DNA of 64,000 nucleotides, from NCBI GenBank assembly GCA_965198175.1, contig OZ240245.1, forward strand, positions 4,416,001 to 4,480,000, read 5' to 3'. Below are positions 10,717-20,751 of the stretch, in pieces. The notes under the pieces are model-generated. The model was not told the origin of the DNA, ran no database searches, and worked only from the letters and a program-made list of their open reading frames with translations. The translations under genes and the position numbers were made by a program. This DNA comes from Candidatus Poribacteria bacterium (GTDB taxonomy: Bacteria > Poribacteria > WGA-4E > PCPOR2b). Every line of letters begins with the position of its first letter. The first letter of the stretch is position 1.

Positions 10717-11073
10717 TTAGTTGTGTATAGTACGGTCGCTTATGTGAGTAATGAGCAACTCGTTATTTTTCCGCATCTCATCTCGGATTTCTCTCATGTC
10801 GTCACGGATTTCTTCCCGCATTTCTTTCATGTCTTCTCGTAAAGCGCTATGTTGAGACACCATATCACTACGCAAATCGTCTATCCGCTTGCCGAGTAAG
10901 TTGCCATGATCATCTATTCGCTTGCCGAGCGAGCCGCCGAGATCGTCTATTCGCTTGCCGCAATCGTCAACCCGCTTCCCGAGTGAGTTGCTAATATAGT
11001 AGCCAATAGTGCCAATTCCACCGATGTAAGCAATAAGCAATACCGCTAGTTGCATGGTTACATTCCAATCCAT
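10717..11073 (-). CDS. Small membrane-anchored coiled-coil protein with (L)GKRIDD repeats
   Basis: AGGAGG RBS before ATG 11073; N-terminal TM; four GKR(V/I)DD repeats with 7/11-residue spacing. Confidence 0.7.
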   Translation of the reverse strand: MDWNVTMQLAVLLIAYIGGIGTIGYYISNSLGKRVDDCGKRIDDLGGSLGKRIDDHGNLLGKRIDDLRSDMVSQHSALREDMKEMREEIRDDMREIRDEMRKNNELLITHISDRTIHN

Positions 11074-11152
11074 TAAAAATCCTCCTATTTTGTGTGATGA
11101 AACGCTAGGCTGCACATAATACCGTCCGATGAGTTCGTGACGGTATTTCATA

Positions 11153-11402
11153 AGTTATTGTAGGTTGGGTAGAATGGTTAATGCCAATTCCGTTCCTATG
11201 CCAGTAACTGTTCCGAACACCAAACGACGCACTTGGCACATTACATGAAGCGTAACCTAGCGTACAAAACTATGCGCTCGCTTGATTGTTGGATATTGGC
11301 GAAAGCTGGCGAAGACTGTAGGAAAACTATCGCACTCACTATCCGTTCGCTTGAACGCCCCCTGTTCGGTCGGTTGATCGCTCTACCCAACCTACAAGAA
11401 CT
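11153..11402. repeat. GTAG-REP-like mosaic element E7 (250 bp)
   Basis: Terminal IRs; 70-nt loop at 11177-11246; GATCAA module near the right end. Confidence 0.85.
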
Positions 11403-11441
11403 ACCGCATTCGTGTGACGGTACAATGCACACTCAAAAAAA

Positions 11442-14400
11442 CTAGCCAAGCACGAACGAATCACCCTTCCTCGTTAATTCTCCCTGTGCAATCAGCCCGT
11501 CTAGGACCGATTCAACCCCTCGCCGCATCTCCGCACTGACGGATTTAAAACCAAACAACCTGCAAACCTCGCGTGCTATATCCTCCCTCCCAATCCCAAA
11601 AGCGTCAGATACAACTTGCTTGATTGCCGCCTCTATTTCTTCGGGCGCGATTAGCTCCAACTTTCGTGAAGCGTTTGGGAGTTCACTCCGGTCCCGCACG
11701 ATGACCTGCCCCTGCTCCTTCAAGTAGAAAAAATCCCCTATGATCTCTATACTTCCGGAACGCGCCGCCTGTTTGGCAGCGGCTTTAACTGAGTTTTGGA
11801 TGCGGTTGCCAACACGACCTACACCTACCGCGTTTGCAATGCGCCTCGCCAGCGTGTACCGAATAACCGTTTTCCAATCCCCTGTATTTTTTCGAAATGC
11901 GGTTGTTCACGCTGTGCTTTGCGAATCGCGTCAACGATACGGAGTTGAGTGTCCAGAGATTTTGAGAGTTGCTGTGTACATAGCTCTGTCAGTTCATTGC
12001 GGGCACGCCGATATTTGCCCGAAAGAGCGCGCCACCACTTGGGGCCGTAAACTGATAGCGACTTACGAACTTCAAGGACATTATGTGTCCATGCTTCGGT
12101 AATAAGGACCTCATCAAATGTTTTGTGAAGCTGATGCAATTGTTCCCCGGCGCGTAAGCCTGTCTCCAAATCCCGGCTTTGAGTCAGCCATTCGGTTGCC
12201 TTCACCTCAATGCCTTCCATTTTAGGGGCGTCTGACAGATAACGCGCCGCACGAATCATATTTTCAACAGCTTCAAGAGAATCCGGGGACTCGAGTTTGA
12301 GATGTTGTGCCAGTTGCGTAGACGAACACTTTAATCCCTCTAGCACTTGGCGAATTTTAAGGACGGTTTTAAACCATGTTTCATCAATTAGGCCACCGTC
12401 GTATTTGTGCAAAAGGTTTTCATATTCTTTATAAAGCTCGCTTAACTCTTCCCCGGCGCGTAAGCCTGTCTCCAAATCCCGGCTTTGCGTCAGCCATTCG
12501 GTTGCCTTCACCTCAATGCCTTCCATTTTAGGGGCGTCTAACAGATAACGCGCCGCACGAATCATATTTTCAACAGCTTCAAGAGAATCCGGGGACTCGA
12601 GTTTGAGATGTTGTGCCAGTTGCGTAGACGAACACTTTAATCCCTCTAGCACTTGGCGAATTTCAAGGACGGTTTTAAACCACGTTTCATCAATTAGGTC
12701 ACCATCGTATTTGTTCAAGAGATTCTCATATTCTTTGTAAAGCTGGCTTAACTGTTCTCCGCTGCGTAAGCCCACGTCCAAATGGTCAGTGTGGCTTCTC
12801 CATTTAGTTGACAGCACGGCGACACCCTCCAAGCTCGGCGCGTCTAACGCACGACGTGCCGCGCAAATGACATTCTCGACAGCCTCACGGGTGCCCGGAA
12901 CACGGAGTTTGAGATGTTGTGCCAGTTGTTCAGACGAATCCTTGAGCGCTATGACCGCTTCTCTCGCTTCCGCTGCCATATGTTCCACTTGCACTTTGTC
13001 ATTTGGAAGAAAGATGTTGCACCGGCTGCCCCAGAACGGGTGCTTTATGGGTATGCCCATCTGCTTGAGAAGGATTTGCAATTCCTCTGTGCGATCCAAA
13101 CCTTCTCCAAATTCGGCTGCAGAGTGTTGGAATTGAACCAAATCTAAGGTCGGAGGTTCTACACCCGAAAGGCGACGCTCTACCCCTAAAAGTTCTCCAT
13201 ACACCTGATACGGTGTGATACCACTTTCGCCAATTGGGGTGTTGACCGCCTCACAGTAACGGTTTAAGCGGTCGCGGTTAGCAAGCAGTCGTTCCAATTC
13301 TTGTTCAAAGGCTGTCATCTGCGGCTGGCTGAGGTCAAGCGTCCGCTTCAAGTCATCAACCACCGCTTTTTTGTTCATCTTATGGCTGTGTAGTTCCAAA
13401 CACGCATCTCCGAGCCCTACCTTATCTAAATTGCGCTTAACCACTTCCAACGCCGCCATCTTTTCGGCGACAAACAGCACCCGTTTTCCCTTTGCGATGG
13501 CTTCCGCAATCAGGTTGGTAATGGTTTGGGATTTTCCGGTGCCCGGCGGACCTTGAATAACAAGATTTCGACCTTGGCTTACATCGTGGATAGCCAATGC
13601 CTGCGAACTATCTGCATCAACGACATTATGCGTCTCGGCGGGATTGATATGTTCGTCAATGGGGGAATCATCAGGAATGGGCGACCTCGGTTTTTCAAAA
13701 CCCGTTGCGAGCACAGATTACAAAACCGAATGCTCAGATAGCGCATCATTGGACCAATTTGTGATGTCTAAGTCATGATACATCAGAAACTTCGCAAACG
13801 AAAAGAAGCCGATCGCAACCGCAGATGCATCAACCGTCCACCGGGGGATATGCCGAATTACAGAATCCACTTCTTCACAATAGTTCTGAACGTTGAGTTG
13901 CTCCGGGGCATCCGCGTCGGGGAGGTCCGGGAATTGGATGCCTAACTCAGACTTGAATTTCGCCTGAAGGGAGAGATTTGTCCCAATTTCCTCCCCTGTG
14001 TAGCGAATGCGGAAACGGGCGCGGACACTAGCACGACTGAGCTCCACCGGAATCAGAACTAGTGGAGCGCGACGCAGTATATCACTCGATTCGGATTCAT
14101 ACCATTCGAGCATGCCGAGCGCGAGATAGAGTGTATTCACGCCCTGTTTTTCGATAGCTGTTCGCGCGGTATAGTGCGTGTTCAGCAGACGCCTTTGGAG
14201 TTCTTTTGATGGATAGGCTGTCTGTAGCTTGTTATCTGTGAGGCGATTGAGGTCATTCTCCGCTTGATCGTCACCGAACAGCAGTAAGTGGTCATCTGCT
14301 TCATCCTTCGGCAGGAAATACATGTCCCGACCGTCTTGGACGAGGATTCGATAGACATTTGTGGGGGATTCATCAACCACCTCAACCCCTCGTGCCTTGA

Positions 14401-14497
14401 GCGGTTTGTAGTTGATGAGCGGGTTACGTAAGCTCAGATCAAGCAGTTCTTTTCGTGCTTCGTTCAACTTTGTTTGTACGGGATTCATTACATTCAC
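11442..14497 (-). pseudogene. DUF4011 / SF1 helicase / DUF3320 (Hhe-like) defence gene with nonsense mutation and large internal deletion
   Basis: LLDLSLRNPL and LYLALGML (DUF4011); DADSSQ..QGPPGTGKSQTI..VLFVAEK..ALEVV (helicase); in-frame TAA at 13718-13720; at about 11850 the frame jumps to the DUF3320-like tail ARRIANAVGVGRVGNRI. Confidence 0.85.
12060..12950 (-). repeat. About three tandem 306-bp (102-aa) intragenic repeats
   Basis: Equivalent positions 12145, 12451 and 12757; two copies near-identical (LKCSSTQLAQHLKLESPDSLEAVENM...). Confidence 0.9.
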
Positions 14498-14633
14498 TAA
14501 CTATACGTTATTTCATAATGACCAATAGCTCAACAAAAGAGAAAAAACAAGCTCTTGATGAAGTTGCATTCGATCTTGATGTCCAACTGCAAGTAGAAAC
14601 CGTCGCAAAAAATTTAACTGATTGAATCCTGCC

Positions 14634-15509
14634 CTACCGATTCTGTAAAGCCTGCACCAGGGCCTCTGCAATCGTTGCGGGACTTTCAGCCACAGCGATG
14701 CCAGCCGCCTTCAGAGCGCTAATCTTCTCTCCCGCTGTACCGTGTCCGCCAGCGATAATCGCTCCGGCGTGTCCCATCCGTTTGCCTGGTGGTGCTGTCT
14801 GTCCCGCGATAAAACCGACGACCGGCTTGCTCATGTTATGTTTCACGAATTCAGCCGCAGTTTCCTCTGCGGTTCCGCCAATCTCGCCTATCATGACCAC
14901 CGCTTCTGTATCCGAGTCCTCTTCAAACATCGCAAGGACATCAACGAAACTCATCCCAATGACCGGATCGCCGCCAATGCCGACGCAGGTGGATTGTCCA
15001 AGACCGAGCTTGGTAAGTTGATACGCTGCCTCGTACGTCAACGTTCCACTGCGGGAAACAATACCAATCCTTCCGGGTTCAAAAACAGAACCGGGCAGCA
15101 CTCCAATTTTGCATTCGCCGGGTGTGATAACGCCCGGACAGTTCGGACCAATCAGTCGCGTCGGCTTCCCCTCCAAAAAGCGTATGACTCTCACCATATC
15201 AAGGACGGACACACCTTCAGTAATACACACAACTAGACTTATCCCGGCGTCGGCGGCTTCCATGATGGCATCTGGGGCGAATGGCGCCGGCGCATAAATC
15301 ATGGACGCATCCGCACCCATCGTCCTCACCGCTTCGGCAACAGTATTGTAGACTGGAATGCCATCAACATCGCCTCCACCTTTGCCCGGACTTGTACCGG
15401 CGACAATCTTTGTGCCGTAAGCGATGCACTGCCCCGCGTTGAACCTTCCTGAACGACCGGTGATGCCTTGGACAACCACCCTTGTCTCCTTATTCACAAG
15501 AATGCTCAC
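14634..15509 (-). CDS. sucD: Succinyl-CoA synthetase alpha subunit
   Basis: [34 protein letters not shown] start after AAAGGAG. Confidence 0.96.
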   Translation of the reverse strand: MSILVNKETRVVVQGITGRSGRFNAGQCIAYGTKIVAGTSPGKGGGDVDGIPVYNTVAEAVRTMGADASMIYAPAPFAPDAIMEAADAGISLVVCITEGVSVLDMVRVIRFLEGKPTRLIGPNCPGVITPGECKIGVLPGSVFEPGRIGIVSRSGTLTYEAAYQLTKLGLGQSTCVGIGGDPVIGMSFVDVLAMFEEDSDTEAVVMIGEIGGTAEETAAEFVKHNMSKPVVGFIAGQTAPPGKRMGHAGAIIAGGHGTAGEKISALKAAGIAVAESPATIAEALVQALQNR

Positions 15510-15625
15510 TGAATCTGACTCCTTTCGACTCACATATATTGCGCGTTATAACGTATTGCTGCAAGCATAATCTCTTTTCACTCATGCCACTTTTTCCTTT
15601 CTCCTTCTATAGGTTCTCCATCTGT

Positions 15626-17059
15626 TCAATATGCCCGAGCGAAGATAATAACCTCCTCAGCCGGATTGCCGCATACAACGCATTTTCCGTTTTCGTCCGG
15701 CTGATCAAAGGGAATGCAGCGCGTGGTGGCTTTCGTATCTGCCTTGACTTTGTCTTCGCACGCAATATCGCCGCACCACGGTGCGCGGGCAAACCCTTGA
15801 TCTACTGCTTCTTGAAGCGAATCGTAATCGGTCGGCTCAAAAGTGTTGGCATCTCGAAATTCGGTGTTGCGACGAAGCAAATCTTTCTGAATGGCATCTA
15901 GCAAATCGGTAACTGCATCGGCAAGACCTGCCAGCGGTGCAGTTGTCTTGCCTTCGCGTCCAGGTTGGTCTCGTCGAGCCAACACGACCTGCGCCTTCTG
16001 AATATCTCTGGGACCAATCTCAATTCGCAATGGCACACCTTTTAATTCCCACTCGTTAAACTTCCACCCGGGAGAATATTCGTCGCGATCGTCGATCTTT
16101 AACCGCACGCGATCACCAATAGCGGTTTTGACCTGTTCAATAGTCCCCATCACCTCGCCCTTTTCTGCGTCTGTTTTCCAGATCGGCACAACCACGACCT
16201 GGATGGGAGCCAGACGCGGTGGTAAAATGAGCCCCTGATCGTCGCCGTGAGCCATGATGATTGCACCCACCATTCGTGTACTCACGCCCCAGCTAGTTGT
16301 CCAGCAGTATTGCTGTACCCCATTTTCATCTTGATACTGAATTTCAAAAGCCTTGGCGAAATTCTGTCCGAAGAAATGGGAGGTGCCAGACTGCAGCGCC
16401 CGCTTATCCCCCATCATGGCTTCAATGCTGTAGGAAGCCTCCGCGCCGGGGAACTTCTCGCTTTCGCTCTTGCGACCGGGAATCACCGGTATAGCGGCGT
16501 CGTTGGCGGCAAAGTCAGTATACAAATCCAGCATGCGTAGGGTCTCTTCCTGTGCTTCCTCGGCAGTCGCATGGGCGGTGTGACCCTCCTGCCAGAAAAA
16601 CTCCATTGTGCGTAGAAAGAGGCGTGTGCGTAGCTCCCACCGCACGACGTTCGCCCACTGGTTGATGAGAACCGGCAAATCTCGATATGACTGAATCCAC
16701 TGACTGTACATGTGCCCAATGATTGTCTCAGAAGTTGGACGCACTGCTAGCGGCTCTTCCAACTCTTTTCCTCCGCCATGCGTAACAACGGCTAACTCCG
16801 GTTTGAAGCCTTCGACATGTTCTGCCTCCTTTTCGATGAAACTCATCGGGATAAGAAGCGGGAAGCAGGCATTCTCATGTCCCGTTTCCTTGAAGCGGCG
16901 ATCGAGTCCTTCTTTCACATTCTCCCAAAGCGCGAAGCCGTATGGACGGATGACCATGCAACCTCGCACAGGCGCGTAATCCGCCAGTTGCGCTTGTCGA
17001 ATTACATCGGTATACCATTCTGAATAGTCTTGGCTGCGGGGCGTTATCTTCTCTCTCAT
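15626..17059 (-). CDS. proS: Proline--tRNA ligase (archaeal/eukaryotic-type, family I)
   Basis: RPTSET, FLRTMEFFWQEGHT, QSGTSH, SWGVSTR, C-terminal FARAY. Confidence 0.97.
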   Translation of the reverse strand: MREKITPRSQDYSEWYTDVIRQAQLADYAPVRGCMVIRPYGFALWENVKEGLDRRFKETGHENACFPLLIPMSFIEKEAEHVEGFKPELAVVTHGGGKELEEPLAVRPTSETIIGHMYSQWIQSYRDLPVLINQWANVVRWELRTRLFLRTMEFFWQEGHTAHATAEEAQEETLRMLDLYTDFAANDAAIPVIPGRKSESEKFPGAEASYSIEAMMGDKRALQSGTSHFFGQNFAKAFEIQYQDENGVQQYCWTTSWGVSTRMVGAIIMAHGDDQGLILPPRLAPIQVVVVPIWKTDAEKGEVMGTIEQVKTAIGDRVRLKIDDRDEYSPGWKFNEWELKGVPLRIEIGPRDIQKAQVVLARRDQPGREGKTTAPLAGLADAVTDLLDAIQKDLLRRNTEFRDANTFEPTDYDSLQEAVDQGFARAPWCGDIACEDKVKADTKATTRCIPFDQPDENGKCVVCGNPAEEVIIFARAY

Positions 17060-17113
17060 AATATGATTCTCCTAGTTTTTAGGGTATCGGGTGATTCGGC
17101 AAAGATTGTTGTC

Positions 17114-18013
17114 CTACAGGTTTTCTGCCACCCATTTTTTTACTCTTGTCAATTTTTCTTCATCTATATTGAATTCATGCGCTTCAGTTGGAAAGAGTCC
17201 CTCCTCGACCTCTTTCTTGTATCGACATATCGCCTGAAATGTCAAATCCTGGTAGTTTTGATATGCCTTGGCATAGGTTAAGGCAAGTGCCCCAATTCCC
17301 AATATGTCATGGATAACGAGCACTTGGCCATCGCAGAATCCACCTGAACCAATTCCAATCGTGGGAATCTTTAATTTCTCAGTTATTATCTTGCCAATTT
17401 CCTTTGTAACCATTTCAAGAACCATCAGCTTCGCACCGGCGTTTTCCAGGGTCAGTGCACTTTGAATCAATGCCTTGCCTTTTGAAAACGTCTTTCCACG
17501 CACCCACCTGCGGGAGCCGTGGATTTGAGGATTGTGACCGATATGGGCGCAAACATCTATGCTGTTCTCTGCTAATATCCTGACGACTGCTTCCTTTTCC
17601 CACCCTTCCAACTTGACGCCGTCGGCTCCATACGAAAGCAAGGTCGTTGCGTTCTCCAAAGCCTGTTCGGGGGTATCATAGGTTCTGTACGGCATGTCAA
17701 CAAGGAGGTAGGCAGTGGTTACGCCTCGACGGACAGCCTTCAGATGATGAAGCATATCTGCCATCGTAACTTCAGTGTCGCTTTCATAACCCAAGACGTT
17801 CATTCCCACACTATCGCCGACGAAGACTATGTCAATACCAGCTTTGTCTTCCATGAGCGCCGTTGGATAGTCGTAGCAAGTTAACATCGTGAGTTTGCGA
17901 TTCGCCCTCTTCTTTGAAAGCAAGAAATTGATGTCTTTCTTCACGATCAAGCGACTGGATAAGGAGCGCGATAGGCTTCTCTTCAGTTGATTGTTAGGTT
18001 TCACTTTGTTCAA
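17114..18013 (-). CDS. panB: 3-methyl-2-oxobutanoate hydroxymethyltransferase (start uncertain: TTG 18013 or GTG 17944)
   Basis: MLTCYD, VGDSVG, DMPY, VKLEG, IPTIGIGSG, DGQVLV. Confidence 0.93.
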   Translation of the reverse strand: MNKVKPNNQLKRSLSRSLSSRLIVKKDINFLLSKKRANRKLTMLTCYDYPTALMEDKAGIDIVFVGDSVGMNVLGYESDTEVTMADMLHHLKAVRRGVTTAYLLVDMPYRTYDTPEQALENATTLLSYGADGVKLEGWEKEAVVRILAENSIDVCAHIGHNPQIHGSRRWVRGKTFSKGKALIQSALTLENAGAKLMVLEMVTKEIGKIITEKLKIPTIGIGSGGFCDGQVLVIHDILGIGALALTYAKAYQNYQDLTFQAICRYKKEVEEGLFPTEAHEFNIDEEKLTRVKKWVAENL

Positions 18014-18147
18014 CCTGACCTACTTTTTTCGATTCGGTTAAAACTACCGATCAAGTGACCGAATAGGGAACGCGATAGATTTAGAAAACTATCGCACTCG
18101 TTATTCACTCGGTTGATCTATCGTCTTCGCTATCCGCTCAGTTGATC
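17945..18147. repeat. Cluster of GATCAA-N5-CGAATA-type repeat modules
   Basis: 17945-17974 is the exact reverse complement of 45511-45540; 18049-18067 is the exact reverse complement of 45557-45575; hairpin at 18049-18118. Confidence 0.8.
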
Positions 18148-19331
18148 GTTTTGTCCGTCAATGCAGCAATGCCTGGCAATTCTTTCCCCTCAAGGTATTT
18201 GAGTGATGCGCCGCCGCCGGTAGAAACGTGTGTGATTCGATCCGCGACACCCGCTTTATGCACGGCAGCGACGCAATCGCCGCCGCCGATGATGCTGAGT
18301 GCTTTCGATTTAGCAATTCGCTTGGCAATCTCGATTGTGCCTTTCGCAAATTTTTCAAACTCGTAGACCCCCAGCGGACCATTCCAAAACACAGTTTTTG
18401 CAGCATCAATAATCTTACCGAATTGCGTGATTGTTTTAGGTCCAATGTCTAATCTCAGCCATCCATCTGGAATCCCATCGCGTGAAACAACTTGAGATTC
18501 CGCATCTGCACTGAATTCCTTTGCAATAACGTGATCGTACGGCAGATGGATAGTCAGGTTTCGACTCGACGCTTTTCTTAGCAATTCCTTCGCTACATTG
18601 AGATTGTCCAATTCCACAACCGACTTCCCAATTGGCAGCCCCATAGCCTTGAGAAAGGTATTTGTCATCTTGCCGCTAATAATTAACTCATTGACCTTAC
18701 CCAACAGGTTTTCAATCATGTTAATTTTATCAGATATTTTGACTCCGCCCAGAATGGCGACGAAGGGGCAATCGGGATTTTGAAGGGTTTTGTTAAGATG
18801 TTTGATTTCTCTTTCCATTAATAACCCGGCGGCAGACCGATCAAAATATCGGGTAACACCTTCTGTCGAGGCGTGTGCGCGGTGTGCCGTGCCAAAGGCG
18901 TCGTTAACATAGATATCTGCGAGCGATGCCAGTTTTTCGGCAAACTCCAAATCGTTCGCCGTTTCCCCCTTTTGAAAGCGAACATTTTCGAGAAGCAGTG
19001 TGCCACCTTCCTGAAGTTGAGAAATGGTTGATTCTACTTCCGGCCCGACACAATCGAGGGTATGCTTGACACGTTGTCCCATCAGGCGGCTGAGATGCTC
19101 TGCAATCGGGGCGGTCGAAAGTGTGGAGTCAAAGCCGTTGGGACGCCCCAAGTGCGTTACCAAGATGATTTTCGCGCCACTAGCAATTAGTTGCAGAATC
19201 GTTGGAAGTGCAGCCCGGATGCGAGTGTCATCGGCGATCTGCGTCCCCTCCATCAGCACATTGAAGTCAACACGCACCAACACACGTTTTCCAGCCACAT
19301 CTAAATCGTGTAATCCAAGTTTTTCCCCCAC
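18138..19331 (-). CDS. pgk: Phosphoglycerate kinase
   Basis: RVDFNV, THLGRP, LLENVRF, NDAFGTAHRAHAS, WNGP, HVSTGGGAS. Confidence 0.95.
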   Translation of the reverse strand: MGEKLGLHDLDVAGKRVLVRVDFNVLMEGTQIADDTRIRAALPTILQLIASGAKIILVTHLGRPNGFDSTLSTAPIAEHLSRLMGQRVKHTLDCVGPEVESTISQLQEGGTLLLENVRFQKGETANDLEFAEKLASLADIYVNDAFGTAHRAHASTEGVTRYFDRSAAGLLMEREIKHLNKTLQNPDCPFVAILGGVKISDKINMIENLLGKVNELIISGKMTNTFLKAMGLPIGKSVVELDNLNVAKELLRKASSRNLTIHLPYDHVIAKEFSADAESQVVSRDGIPDGWLRLDIGPKTITQFGKIIDAAKTVFWNGPLGVYEFEKFAKGTIEIAKRIAKSKALSIIGGGDCVAAVHKAGVADRITHVSTGGGASLKYLEGKELPGIAALTDKTIN

Positions 19332-19508
19332 GGTCGGGTCTCCAAATAAAAATGTTTTGCGTCGTAAGGCTGAAGCGTATCGCGTGTTGCTTACCTGTAA
19401 CTGCCTGCTTCGTTTCGGGCTTGTTTTCTACTTTTCTATCTCACTTCATTTTGGCGTGCCACATGTGTAGAGGTTGTGTTCATCCTGATTTCCGCGGCAT
19501 TCCGTTAA

Positions 19509-20750
19509 TTACATCGGTTCTACGACAGTGCCCATGAACAACATGGTCTCTGTCCTGCCGTCATATATAGCGAAAAAGAAGGGGCGGTCTACAATGAAGC
19601 TTGGCGGTGCAGACTCAACTCCCACGACAACAGTCGCCGCTGCGGCTTCAGTCCCCTCTTCGTTGACCTCCACGAAGGTTTTGTGCCGAACTTCGCTGAT
19701 GAACAGGCTCGGTCCCATGCCGCTGAAATCAGCCCCACCTCCAAAAGCGATGTCCATCCCCAATGCTTTGAGTGTGTCGTTGAGTTTCACTTCATATTCT
19801 AGTTTGAAACGGGGGAGTATCATCATACTATTGCCCCTAACCTCATGGAACTGCGACAGCCAGCTTGCCCAGTTTTCCGCGTTCAGCTGGCTCAGAAATT
19901 CGTCTAAGTTCGAGTCGCGGTTGGGTAGGAAGATATACATGCTCACATCCTCATCACCATCTCCATACGGTAGGATTGCTGCCTCAAAGTTTCCACCCCG
20001 AAAGTATGGGTATGCTCCCTCTCGGAACATCATCGGTACCCGCTTCTCATTCCCATCCGCTAGATAGAAAATGCCATCCCGTGTTTTTGACTTATCGAAT
20101 TCCTGCTGCCAACTCCCTTTGAAATAGATAGCGTTAATCAAGATAATTAGTGTCCGCGGATCAATCTGTTGAACAATTTTCTTAATTTTCCCTTTCGTGT
20201 TCGTTTCTACCCAGCCGTTAATGATTTCTGGCGTTTGCGGCTCACTAAAATTGAGAGAGGTAATTTCCGCTTCAAAATATTCCCGATTTCGGTTCAAGAA
20301 ATCAGGGTTAAAATCGACACCCTGACGTCCCCAGATCGAATTTGCGATCGAGAGTTCGACTTCTGGCTCACGGCTTTCGAGGCTTTTTCGTAATGCCGCG
20401 TTAGAACGATTGACAGCGTCCAGGTTTAAGCCTTCTATTTCTAACACTTCCGCCATGGCGTGTTGTGTTTCTCCAACCGCCCCGTTATACGTCATGGTGA
20501 GTGCAATTGAGATGCTCAATGGAGAGATGAAGATATTCGCTCCGGGTTCTCGTGCTCGGACATCCATTAGCAACTTGAAGCCAAATCTTGTGTTAGCCGA
20601 AGCAACGCTAGAAAAAGCTGGATCGCCAATGAGGTCCAATACGTCTCCGATAGTATCCGTCGGAGAATTGCCATCAGAACATCCGAGTAGACACAGTAGC
20701 ATTATGCCCGCATATCCAATAAGAATTAAGCCGCGCCAATGCCTCCTCAT
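19509..20750 (-). CDS. Serpin-family lipoprotein (protease inhibitor)
   Basis: Lipobox LLGC; NIFISPLSI, NAIYFKGSW, LPRFK, EVNEEGTEAAAAT hinge, DRPFFFAI. Confidence 0.93.
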   Translation of the reverse strand: MRRHWRGLILIGYAGIMLLCLLGCSDGNSPTDTIGDVLDLIGDPAFSSVASANTRFGFKLLMDVRAREPGANIFISPLSISIALTMTYNGAVGETQHAMAEVLEIEGLNLDAVNRSNAALRKSLESREPEVELSIANSIWGRQGVDFNPDFLNRNREYFEAEITSLNFSEPQTPEIINGWVETNTKGKIKKIVQQIDPRTLIILINAIYFKGSWQQEFDKSKTRDGIFYLADGNEKRVPMMFREGAYPYFRGGNFEAAILPYGDGDEDVSMYIFLPNRDSNLDEFLSQLNAENWASWLSQFHEVRGNSMMILPRFKLEYEVKLNDTLKALGMDIAFGGGADFSGMGPSLFISEVRHKTFVEVNEEGTEAAAATVVVGVESAPPSFIVDRPFFFAIYDGRTETMLFMGTVVEPM

Positions 20751-20751
20751 T

